Shown here: in pieces, positions 32,212 through 41,754 of the stretch | Numbering within the stretch: the first letter of the stretch is position 1 | How the letters are laid out: each line of letters begins with the position of its first letter | Notes under the pieces: generated by a model | The model's input: the letters and a program-made list of their open reading frames with translations, nothing else | Database searches by the model: none | What the model was told of the DNA's origin: nothing | Assembly (NCBI GenBank): GCA_963741935.1 | Contig: CAVUJY010000014.1 | Location: 18,039-82,038, forward strand | DNA: 64,000 nucleotides | Reading direction: 5' to 3' | Origin: an uncultured Bacteroidales bacterium | GTDB lineage: Bacteria > Bacteroidota > Bacteroidia > Bacteroidales > VadinHA17 | Made by a program: the position numbers and the translations under genes

Positions 32212-33522
32212 TCAAAAGGATTTATTTTTAATACTGGCATCGCAGTATGTTAAGGAACTAAATATATAACAGGGATAAGTTAATAACGACTTTTGAGATG
32301 TCTCTTTTTTATGAAGCTTTAGGACTTTTAAATTTATTCTTTCGAGCTTTCTGCTTGCATAATCGATAGTTATCTCGAGCTCATTGGTTTCGATTGAAGG
32401 CATTTCAAACATTGCATCAAGCATAATTGCTTCGCAGATGGATCTGAGGCCGCGGGCCCCCAGTTTAAATTCAATAGCTTTATCAACTATATAGTCAAGT
32501 ACTCCCTCTTCAAAGGTAAGATCAATATTATCCATTTTAAACAACTTGACATATTGTTTTACAAGAGCATTTTTGGGTTCTGTGAGTATTGCTCTCAGAG
32601 CATCTCTGTCGAGAGGATTAAGATGTGAAAGAACTGGTAATCTTCCTATTATTTCAGGTATTAACCCGTATGCTCTTAGATCCTGTGGAGCAATATACTG
32701 AAGCAGATTACTTTTATCAACTTGATCTCTTATTTTGGAAGCTCCAAATCCAACAATCTGTGTATTCAGACGCTGGGCTATTTTTTTTTCAATACCTTCA
32801 AAGGCACCTCCGCATATAAAAAGAATGTTTTTTGTATCAACAGGAATCATTTTCTGTTCAGGATGTTTACGTCCGCCCTGAGGAGGTACATTAACTATTG
32901 AACCTTCAAGCAATTTAAGAAGTCCCTGCTGAACCCCTTCTCCTGAAACATCGCGTGTTATTGAAGGATTATCGCCTTTTCTTGCAATTTTATCAATCTC
33001 ATCAATAAATACAATACCTTTTTCAGCAGCTTTTACATCATAATCGGCATTCTGCAGCAAACGAGTCAGAAGACTTTCAATATCTTCTCCGACATAACCT
33101 GCTTCGGTAAGAACTGTAGCATCGACAATTGTAAAAGGGACATGAAGCATTTTTGCTACGGTCCTTGCCAGAAGTGTTTTTCCGGTACCTGTTTCACCGA
33201 CAAGTATTATATTGGATTTTTCTATTTCAATATCTTCATCATCAGGCTTTTGCATAAGCCTTTTATAATGATTGTACACTGCTACCGAAATGATCTTCTT
33301 TGCCATATCCTGCCCGATAACATACTGGTCGAGAAAACTTTTTATTTCAGTAGGTTTCAGAAGATTAATTGTGTCGAAAGCAGTGTTCTTTTTATTCCCA
33401 AGTTCTTCGTTCATTATGCTGTGAGCCTGTTCAATACAATGATCGCATATATGACCCTCGAGTCCGGCAACCAGCATATTGGCCTCTTTTTTTGTTCTCC
33501 CGCAAAATGAACATTTATCCAT
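32212..33522 (-). CDS. clpX: ATP-dependent Clp protease ATP-binding subunit ClpX (the last ~30 codons are probably an indel artefact)
   Basis: N-terminal zinc finger CSFCGR...CDHC, Walker A GETGTGKT, and IFIDEIDK. A shifted frame gives a more typical stop at 32309-32311. Confidence 0.93.
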   Translation of the reverse strand: MDKCSFCGRTKKEANMLVAGLEGHICDHCIEQAHSIMNEELGNKKNTAFDTINLLKPTEIKSFLDQYVIGQDMAKKIISVAVYNHYKRLMQKPDDEDIEIEKSNIILVGETGTGKTLLARTVAKMLHVPFTIVDATVLTEAGYVGEDIESLLTRLLQNADYDVKAAEKGIVFIDEIDKIARKGDNPSITRDVSGEGVQQGLLKLLEGSIVNVPPQGGRKHPEQKMIPVDTKNILFICGGAFEGIEKKIAQRLNTQIVGFGASKIRDQVDKSNLLQYIAPQDLRAYGLIPEIIGRLPVLSHLNPLDRDALRAILTEPKNALVKQYVKLFKMDNIDLTFEEGVLDYIVDKAIEFKLGARGLRSICEAIMLDAMFEMPSIETNELEITIDYASRKLERINLKVLKLHKKETSQKSLLTYPCYIFSSLTYCDASIKNKSF

Positions 33523-33528
33523 TATAAA

Positions 33529-34208
33529 TTATTTTTCAGTTTTCTGAAGAATCTCATCTATCATCCCATACTCTTTTGCTTCCATGAGCTGTCATCCAGT
33601 AGTCTCTGTCTGAGTCTTTTTCCACTTTTTCAACAGTATTGCCTGAATGCATGGCAATTATTTCGTAGAGTTCTTTTTTCAGTTTTACAATTTCACGGAC
33701 AGTAATTTCTATATCGGAAGCCTGACCTTCAGCACCGCCCATAGGCTGGTGAATCATTATTCTGGAATGTTTCAGAGCTGAACGTTTGCCTTTCTTTCCT
33801 GCGGTAAGTAAGACTGCTCCCATAGAAGCAGCCATTCCGGTACAGATAGTTGCAATATCGGCAGAAATATACTGCATTGTATCATAAATCCCAAGACCGG
33901 CATTAACTGAACCTCCGGGAGTATTAAAATAGATCTGAATATCTTTTCCCGGGTCAGATGAATCGAGATAAAGCAACTGAGCCTGGATAATATTTGCTAC
34001 ATAATCATCGATTGGTAAGCCCAGAAAAATTATCCTGTCCATCATCAGACGTGAAAATACGTCCATTGATGCAACATTAAGTTGTCTCTCTTCAATAATA
34101 GTGGGGGATATATAACTTCCGTAAATTGAAGTGTACTTGTGTAAGACCGAGGCTACTTATACCTTTTTTGCTTCTAGCAAATTTTCCAAAATCGTCAAGG
34201 ATAGCCAT
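33529..34208 (-). CDS. clpP: ATP-dependent Clp protease proteolytic subunit ClpP; two frameshifts as assembled
   Basis: Core FLGLPIDD...NTPGGSV...GMAASMGA...IMIHQP. The N-terminus (ATG at 34208) and the C-terminus (...EAKEYGMIDEILQKTEK*) are in shifted frames. Confidence 0.92.
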
Positions 34209-34292
34209 ATTATATATGTTTTAAAAATTAAACAACAAAGATAGCAAAATAAAAAATGTTTTTCGCAAAGTGTTGATTCCTATTCGAAAAGC

Positions 34293-35629
34293 TTATTGAA
34301 TTCCTCTACTGTTAACTGCTTTATTTTCAAGCTTAACGAGGTCTTTCATAATAAGCAGAACCTTATCTTCAAGAATTTTATCGGCAATTCTTTTAGCATC
34401 TTCTTCTCTCTTAAGAGTTTCTTTTGCATAGTTACTTATCTGTTCATCGGTGGCATAGTAAAGGCCATATTGCTGAAACTGGTATCTTGTCATGTTTTCT
34501 GCTTCTTTCTGCAGATCTTCTTCAGTAATCTTCACTTCATTTTCGCGTGCAACCTTATTCCTGACGAGCTGCCATTTCAGGTCCTTTCTGAAACTGTCGA
34601 ATTCCTTATCGATCTGTTCCTGTGTTGTTTTCTCATTCACCTGAAGAAGCCATCGCTTAAGGAAATCCTCAGGAAGAGGGAAATCAGCCTTTTCAATTGC
34701 AAGATTCTTGATATCCATCATGAGTTTATATTCACTTTCGTGTTTCAGGTTGTGCGAAATCTCATCTTCAATTTTTTTCATGAATTCATCTTCCGAATTC
34801 ACAACTCCTTCACCATAGATCTTGTCGAAAAGTTCCTGACCCACCTCTGCAGGGAAGAAGCGGTTTATTTCATTAAAGGTAAACTTAAGTTACCTTCCAG
34901 TTCGGCGACTTCTTCTTTTTTCTTATGTAAGATACCGGCAATTTCCGTATCGTTAGGATATGCTTTTTTGAGATCAAATACTACCGTATCATTAACACTC
35001 TTTCCAATAAAGAGGTTTTTAATTTCATCATCCTTTATAATATCTATTCCAAGCGATGTATCTTCTACTACAGGTCCTTCGGGTATGGTATTCCCTTCAG
35101 CATCAACCGCCTCAATTTTACCTTTTACCACATCCTTTTCCTCGGTGACATCAGCTTTCCGAAGTTCGCCATATCTGCGGGTATAGTTTTCGAGATAATC
35201 GTTTTTCATTTTTTCATCGACAGCTATCTCATATTGTTTTACTTTATCTTTCTGAGACAGGTTAACTTCAAAAGCAGGGGTGAGTCCCAGTTCGAAAGTG
35301 AAGGTGAATTCTTCCTGAGTATCAAAGTCAATTTTTTCCTGTTCATCTGCTTTGGGCAGTGGATCACCAAGTATTTCAATTTTCTCGTCAGTAATATAAT
35401 TCTGAATATTTTCAGTAACGACTTTATTTATCTCATCAATCTGAACAGCTCTCCCATACATTTTTTTTACAAGACCTATCGGAACCATGCCGGGACGAAA
35501 TCCTTTAATATTTGCTTTCTTCCTGTAATCTTTTAATACAGTTTCAACTTTTTCTTCATAATCGGCTTTTTCGATCTTAATTTTTAAAACAGCATTCAGT
35601 TCGTCAATGTTTTCTCTGGAGATATTCAT
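34293..35629 (-). CDS. tig: trigger factor; one frameshift as assembled
   Basis: N-terminal ribosome-binding motif (GFRPGMVP) with PPIase-like and C-terminal arm regions. Fragments 34865-35629 and 34293-34844 total about 445 aa. Confidence 0.9.
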
Positions 35630-35654
35630 TTTAAATCTAATTTATTACACAGTT

Positions 35655-35699
35655 AAAAAAACCGCCAAAACGCACTATTACAGAGGTTACGGGCGGTTT
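35655..35699 (-). terminator. rho-independent terminator downstream of tRNA-Leu
   Basis: On the minus strand, an 8-bp stem AAACCGCC/GGCGGTTT is followed by a T7 run. The loop is long (about 25 nt). Confidence 0.5.
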
Positions 35700-35707
35700 G
35701 TTATTTG

Positions 35708-35790
35708 TGCGGATGAAGGGACTCGAACCCCCACGTCACGAAGACACAAGATCCTAAGTCTTGCTCGGCTACCAATTACGACACATCCGC
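35708..35790 (-). tRNA. tRNA-Leu (anticodon UAG)
   Basis: Reverse complement GCGGATGTGTCGTAATTGGTAGCCGAGCAAGACTTAGGATCTTGTGTCTTCGTGACGTGGGGGTTCGAGTCCCTTCATCCGCA. It has a 7-bp acceptor stem, anticodon loop CTTAGGA, a long variable arm, and T-arm GGTTCGAGTCC. CCA is not encoded. Confidence 0.9.
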
Positions 35791-35804
35791 GGTAAAATTC
35801 ACCG

Positions 35805-35812
35805 CAAAAGTA
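35805..35812 (-). promoter_or_regulatory. putative -7 promoter box (TAnnTTTG) for tRNA-Leu
   Basis: The minus strand reads TACTTTTG, ending 15 nt upstream of the mature tRNA 5' end. Confidence 0.35.
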
Positions 35813-35844
35813 TAATAAATTATTATCAAAACAAATTGATTATT

Positions 35845-36570
35845 TTACCTTCTCAGTTCAAAGTTCTTTCCGAGGTATACTTTTCTTACATGCTCATCAT
35901 CTGCCAGTTGTGCAGAAGTGCCGGATTTCAGTATCCTGCCTTCAAAAAGAAGATAGGCCCGATCGGTTATTGAAAGTGTCTCATGGACATTATGGTCGGT
36001 GATAAGAATACCTATCTGTTTTTCCCTGAGTTTGGAAACAATTTCCTGAATATCTTCAACGGCTATCGGGTCAACACCGGCAAAAGGTTCATCAAGAAGA
36101 ATGAATTTAGGCTTAAGAGCAAGGGCTCTTGCAATTTCAGTCCGTCTCCTTTCTCCTCCTGAAAGCTGAATGCCTTTGCTTAGACGGATCTTGTGAAGAC
36201 CAAATTCCGTAAGTAGAGTTTCAAGGCGTTCTTCCTGTTCCAGCTTTGGGAAACCCGACATTTCAAGAACTGCACGTATATTATCTTCAACCGACATGTT
36301 TCTGAATACAGAAGGCTCCTGGGCAAGATACCCTATTCCCTTCCGGGCACGCTTATATACAGGAAGTGATGTAATCTCTTCGTTCTCGAGAAATATCTTA
36401 CCTTCTCTTGGTCTTATAAGGCCAACAATCATGTAAAAAGAGGTTGTTTTGCCGGCACCGTTCGGACCAAGTAACCCAACAATCTCACCTTGTTCAACCT
36501 CAACAGAGACATGATCTACAACTGTCCTGCTGTGGTATTTTTTTACAAGATTTTCAGTATACAGTTTCAT
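35845..36570 (-). CDS. lptB: LPS export ABC transporter ATP-binding protein LptB
   Basis: Intact 241-aa ORF with Walker [10 protein letters not shown], signature LSGGERRR and Walker [10 protein letters not shown]. Size and sequence are typical of LptB. Confidence 0.9.
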   Translation of the reverse strand: MKLYTENLVKKYHSRTVVDHVSVEVEQGEIVGLLGPNGAGKTTSFYMIVGLIRPREGKIFLENEEITSLPVYKRARKGIGYLAQEPSVFRNMSVEDNIRAVLEMSGFPKLEQEERLETLLTEFGLHKIRLSKGIQLSGGERRRTEIARALALKPKFILLDEPFAGVDPIAVEDIQEIVSKLREKQIGILITDHNVHETLSITDRAYLLFEGRILKSGTSAQLADDEHVRKVYLGKNFELRR

Positions 36571-36624
36571 CCTGAATATTATGAAGTTGTAGTTTCAGCA
36601 GTTGGTTCATTATCATTCATAAAA

Positions 36625-37462
36625 TCATCTCTCTCTTTTTCCTTGCTGCTTCATGACTCTACTTGATATTACAATACTTACCTCATATAATAAAAGAAGT
36701 GGTATTGCAACAAGTGTCTGTGAAAAGATATCAGGAGGTGTGATTATTGCAGACAAGAATGAAAATAACAACTATTGCATGTTTCCTGTATTTTCTCATG
36801 AAGGTCGGGGTAATCAGACCTATCTTGGTCAGAAAAAATGCAATAATAGGAAGTTCAAATACCAATCCGGTAGCAAGACAGATTGATGATAATGTTCCAA
36901 TATATGAGCTTATATTAATCTGGTTGGTAACCTCAGGACTAATCTCATAGGAACCGAGAAAATGCATTGAAAGCGGGGCAAGCATGTAAAATCCAAACAG
37001 AACACCTGTAAAGAAAAGGAGTGAAGCAGCCAGTACAGCCCCTCTGGCATGTTTTGCTTCATTTGAATGCAAAGCAGGCTTAAAGAATTGCCAGAATTCC
37101 CATAGAATAACCGGAAATGCAAGTATTATGCCGGCAACCATTGAAACAGCAATATGAGTGGTAAGCTGCCCTGACATTTTTATATTTATCAGGCTTAAGG
37201 GCTTGGTGTTAATGCATAATGCAGAAGTATGAAGCAGGTCGCCGAGATGACATAAAATCCGGTTTGTAAAGAATGCCGGATTTTTTGGAGCCAGTATAAT
37301 ATTATTGAAAATAAAGCTTTTAAATGAGAAAGCTATTATCATAAAGAAGACTATAGCCAGCACGGAACGAATAATATGCCACCTTAGCTCCTCAAGATGC
37401 TCGAGAAAAGACATCTCCTTTTCACCCTTCTTCCCTTTTTTCCATAACCTTGCCATGAACAC
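36625..37462 (-). CDS. tatC: twin-arginine translocase subunit TatC; one frameshift as assembled
   Basis: MSFLEHLEELRWHIIRS... and six predicted TM segments. The C-terminus (AAIITPPDIFSQ...) is in a shifted frame from about 36745. Confidence 0.88.
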
Positions 37463-37819
37463 TTAAATAAATTGGTTTAAAATACAGCCCGTAAAGATGA
37501 TAAATCTTCTTAAGCAAAACAATATTAATCTGTTTACGTTTGACTGTTTATGGATTAATTATTGAATGTAAAATTTTTATTGATTCTGTAATTATCACAT
37601 AATCATTGTGATACAGCCATGGAAGATAAGGGTATGTTTAAGAGATATGATTATTATATAAGAAATACAAAGAAAATGACAATTTCAGTAGGAAAACAGC
37701 AGTCATTTTTGTTAATAAGTATAATAAAGTATTAATTGATTAAGAAATTTATTAACTTTATGTAAACTGTAAAATAGTTTTCTATCGCAGTTTATCAATT
37801 TTATCATTTTGGGGAAAAG

Positions 37820-40004
37820 ATGTTGAACGATTCTACTATACACGATTACTTAAAGAAATATTTTGGTTTTGATACTTTTAAAGGTAATCAGGAACCAATA
37901 ATATTGAATGTTCTTGCTGGTAAGGATACCTTTGTGCTTATGCCAACCGGAGGGGGGAAGTCACTCTGTTATCAGCTGCCGGCTGTTATGAAAAAGGGAA
38001 CAGCAATTGTTATTTCACCTCTTATTGCCCTGATGAAGAACCAGGTTGATGCAATGCGTAACTTCAGCACAGACGATGATGTGGCTCATTTTCTTAATTC
38101 ATCGCTTACCAAAACAGAAATTGCCACGGGTAAAAAGGGATGTTCTTTCAGGAAAAGCCAAACTTCTTTATGTCGCTCCTGAATCACTTAACAAAGGAAG
38201 AAAATATTGAATTTCTGAAAAATATTGAGATATCGTTTTATGCTGTCGACGAAGCTCATTGTATTTCAGAATGGGGTCATGACTTCAGACCGGAATACAG
38301 ACGTATACAGGCCAATAATAGATACAATAGGCAGATCGCCCATTATTGCTCTTACTGCAACAGCCACTCCTAAAGTTCAGCATGATATTCAGAAAAACCT
38401 GGGGATACTCGATGCCGCAGTTTATAAATCATCCTTTAACAGGCCAAATCTCTATTATGAGGTTAAGTCAAAACAGGATGTGACAAAGGAGATTATAAAA
38501 TATATTAAAAATAATACCGGGAAATCAGGTATTATATATTGTCTGAGCCGAAAGAAAGTTGAAGAACTGGCAGAGATACTTAAGGTTAATGGAATAAAAG
38601 CCCTGCCTTATCATGCCGGAATGGATTCAGCTACCAGAACATCGAACCAGGATAAGTTCCTGATGGAGGAGGCAGATGTAATTGTTGCAACAATTGCTTT
38701 TGGTATGGGAATTGATAAACCTGATGTGAGGTTCGTAATTCATTACGACATCCCCAAAAGTCTTGAAGGATATTACCAGGAGACAGGAAGAGCCGGACGC
38801 GATGGAGGCGAGGGTAACTGCATTGCATACTATAGTTATAATGATATCCTCAAACTGGAAAAATTCATGCAGGGTAAGCCTATAGCTGAACAGGAAATAG
38901 GAAAACAACTTCTGCTTGAGACAGTTTCATATGCAGAATCATCGGTGTGCCGCAGGAAATTGCTTCTGCATTATTTTGGAGAAGAATATGAGAAGGATAA
39001 TTGCGAAGCCTGTGATAACTGTCTTCATCCAAAATCGCAGTTTGAAGGTAGTGAGGCAGTTGTCAGTGTTCTGGAGACTATCCTTGCCGTAAAGGAAAAA
39101 TTTAAGGCAGATCATATATCTAATATCCTTTCAGGAAAAGTCACGGCTGCCATTAAATCATATAAGCATCATAAGCTTGAATTTTTTGGAATTGGTGAAG
39201 ATAAGGACGAGAAGTTCTGGAATATGGTTATCAGGCAGGCCCTTATTGCTAAATTTCTTACCAAGGATATTGAAAATTATGGTTTGCTGAAGCTCACTCC
39301 CAAAGGAATGGAGTTCCTGGAGAAACCAACTTCATTTATGCTTGCTGAGGATCATGATTATGCCGACACCACAGATGAGGAGAATGCCTTTGGTGCAAGA
39401 ACATCGGCTGTTGATGAAGAACTTTTCAGCATACTTAAAGATCTGCGTAAAAAAATATCAAAACAAAAAGATGTTCCTCCATTCGTAATTTTTCAGGATC
39501 CCTCACTTGAGGATATGGCTATTCAATATCCTATAAATCTTGATGAGCTTCAGAATATTTCAGGAGTAGGTGCCGGTAAAGCACAGCGTTACGGATCGGA
39601 GTTTGTTGAGATCATCAGTAAGATACGTTGAGGAGAAAGAGATTATCCGACCCCTCGATATGGTCGTCAAATCGGTAGTTAATAAGTCGGGCATTAAAGT
39701 ATATATTATCCAGAGCATTGATATGAAACGACCTCTCGAAGATATTGCTGAAGCCAAAGGACTGGAAATGGGTGAGCTTATATCGGAGATTGAGGCAATT
39801 GTTAACTCAGGAACAAGGATTAACCTCGATTATTACGTTAATAATACTATTGACGAGGAACGTCAGCATGACATTTATGCATATTTCAGGGAAGAGGCCG
39901 AATCAGATTCTCTCGAAGAGGCTATTAAGGAGCTTGGAAGTGAATTCGAGGAAGAGGAAATAAGATTGATGAGAATCAAGTTTCTTTCGGAAATGGGTAA
40001 TTAG
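37820..40004 (+). CDS. recQ: ATP-dependent DNA helicase RecQ; 3 frameshifts as assembled
   Basis: Helicase motifs ([54 protein letters not shown]), zinc-binding Cys cluster, RQC and HRDC regions. Fragments total about 728 aa. Confidence 0.9.
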
Positions 40005-41091
40005 ATCTTTTTCTTTCAACAGAAAACAGAGAATAGAGTATCACCCCGGCAACATAAAAAGGATAAATCAGCTGTGAAAGAGCAAACCACCTCATGAGCT
40101 TTTTCCTTCCATACCTTTTTGTTGTATTCATCAGAATTAAAAAATCGGGTACAGACTTAATTATAATTATTGCAATAAATACCGGAATAAATTCTTTGGC
40201 AGCAAGAGCTAATGCTGTGTATATGAGCTGAATCAGGATTGTAACAAATGTTACAATTCCAAGCAGTATGGTGTTATAATCTTTATAGTATTTATATTTT
40301 GAAATCCACCTTCTTCTTTGTTTCAGAAATGATAATAGGGTCATTGCATGAGCTGATGTAACAAGAGAATCAGTTGATTCAAGCCATTTAATTTCAGATT
40401 GTTCCCTGGCTTTAATGCTATGGAGCAGGAATACATCGTCGCCCGATGGAACTTCAAAATGAAGATTAACTGAATTATTTAAATATGCCTCTCTTGTAAA
40501 GGCTAAATTAGCGCCGTTGCACATTATTGGATCTCCGTTTGATAGCTGTACCTGCAGTGATTCCCTGAAGACTTAAAAATTCAAGTTGCTGGAACCCTCC
40601 GAAGATGCCACTGATTGGCTCAAGCTGTACCGGGCATAATATCATTGCAGGCTTTTGATTTTCATAAAACGACACAATGGTTCTGATCCAGCTTTTTCCC
40701 ATCCGGCAGTCGGCATCAGTTGTAATTATCAGTTCCCCGGATGCAGCTTCAACCCCGGTTTTTATAGCATGTTTTTTACCGTTTCCTTTGTTGGAAGTGG
40801 TAATCATGTTAATTACGGTCAGAAAAGGATGAAGCCACTGCTCTTGTGTTATCGGAAGAATTATCATCTACCACAATCACTTCAAATAATCCGTTGGGAT
40901 AGTCCTGTTCAGCCAGACAGGAGAGGAGAGATGGCAGTTTTGACTCTTCATTACGGCAGGCGATTATTATCGAGACAAACAGGGTCTGAGAACCACCTGG
41001 TATTAAAAGAACTAAGACCCAGAAGACCTCTGTAAATTTTTAGAAGAATGAAAAAATATGGAAGAATCAATATAACGGGAAGCCATTGCAT
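39976..41091 (-). CDS. GT2-family glycosyltransferase with C-terminal membrane domain; 2 frameshifts as assembled
   Basis: VSIIIACRNEE... (reconstructed), DADC motif (ITTDADCRM), the QxxRW-like RRRW region and TM helices. About 372 aa after joining 3 fragments. Overlaps the recQ 3' end by 29 nt. Confidence 0.72.
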
Positions 41092-41094
41092 TGA

Positions 41095-41544
41095 TTATTC
41101 TTTGAGCCATTCATACATTTTATAATGCTCACTCTGCATACCAAGAGCTTCATAAGTTTTCTGAGCTCTCATGTTATTTGTTTCAACATATAAACGAAGA
41201 CCGGCAATTCCATTATTTTCAGCTTCTGCTTTAATATGTTCATATAGCGATCTGAAAATACCTGTTCTCCTGTATTCGGGCAGTACATAAACAGACTGAA
41301 ACCACCATACATTAGCATTTCGCCAGTCGCTCCATTCGTAAGTTATAAGAAGTGAGCTGACTATTTTACCGCTATCTTCAGCAACCCAGTATTGTCCGTG
41401 ACCTGGATTTGCAAAAACTGCAGCAACTCCATTTGTTACTTTGACCGGGACAAGTGTCAGTTGTTCTGTTTCCCATGCCATTTTTTGCTGGAATTCAATT
41501 ATTGTTGCAGAGTCTTCCGGAATAGCTTTTCGAATGGTTATCAT
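41095..41544 (-). CDS. GNAT-family N-acyltransferase
   Basis: Intact 149-aa ORF with the acyl-CoA binding motif-A-like VLPEYRRTGIFRSL. Confidence 0.85.
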   Translation of the reverse strand: MITIRKAIPEDSATIIEFQQKMAWETEQLTLVPVKVTNGVAAVFANPGHGQYWVAEDSGKIVSSLLITYEWSDWRNANVWWFQSVYVLPEYRRTGIFRSLYEHIKAEAENNGIAGLRLYVETNNMRAQKTYEALGMQSEHYKMYEWLKE

Positions 41545-41611
41545 AATATATTGTTAGTTTTCTTATAATTGATTGACGAGAAGTGATGACTTTTTCCTGC
41601 ATTTTTTTTAC

Positions 41612-41754
41612 CACGGTGCACACGGAGTATCACGGAGTTCCACGGTTATCATTGTCTCTTAATCTCTCAGTCTCTTAGTCTCCCCCTCACCCACTCTCCG
41701 TTTCTCCTACCCTCTCCCACTCTCCGTTTCTCCCACTCTCCCTTTCTCCCCCTC
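41612..41754. repeat. composite three-module short tandem repeat element (4x CACGG at 9-10 bp phasing; 4x 8-mer RTCTCYYM; 3x 16-mer CACTCTCCGTTTCTCC)
   Basis: CACGG starts at 41612, 41621, 41631 and 41641. 8-mers span 41654-41685. 16-mers lie at 41692-41707, 41718-41733 and 41734-41749 (the third has 1 mismatch). Over 41654-41754 the + strand is about 86% pyrimidine. Confidence 0.85.

Noticed and set aside
34296-35186. A 296-aa ORF on the + strand, antisense to tig. Similar long antisense ORFs occur at 11238-11819, 18641-19105, 29905-30405, 45013-45453 and 63490-63717.
   Set aside because: These are shadow ORFs opposite well-supported genes. They have low-complexity F/L/I/S-rich composition, as expected from reading K/E-rich codons backwards. 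They show no independent start context and no recognisable domains.
37619-37735. A 38-codon ORF (MEDKGMFKRYDYYIRNTKKMTISVGKQQSFLLISIIKY) in the tatC-recQ intergenic region.
   Set aside because: No recognisable motif, signal or promoter context. Its composition is what is expected from AT-rich non-coding DNA.
41612-41754. Whether the short tandem repeats downstream of carB could be a CRISPR array or a coding low-complexity protein.
   Set aside because: The repeat units are 8-16 nt with no unique spacers and no cas genes. All three minus-strand frames lack start codons and hit stops within 16-32 codons. I kept it as a non-coding repeat finding instead.
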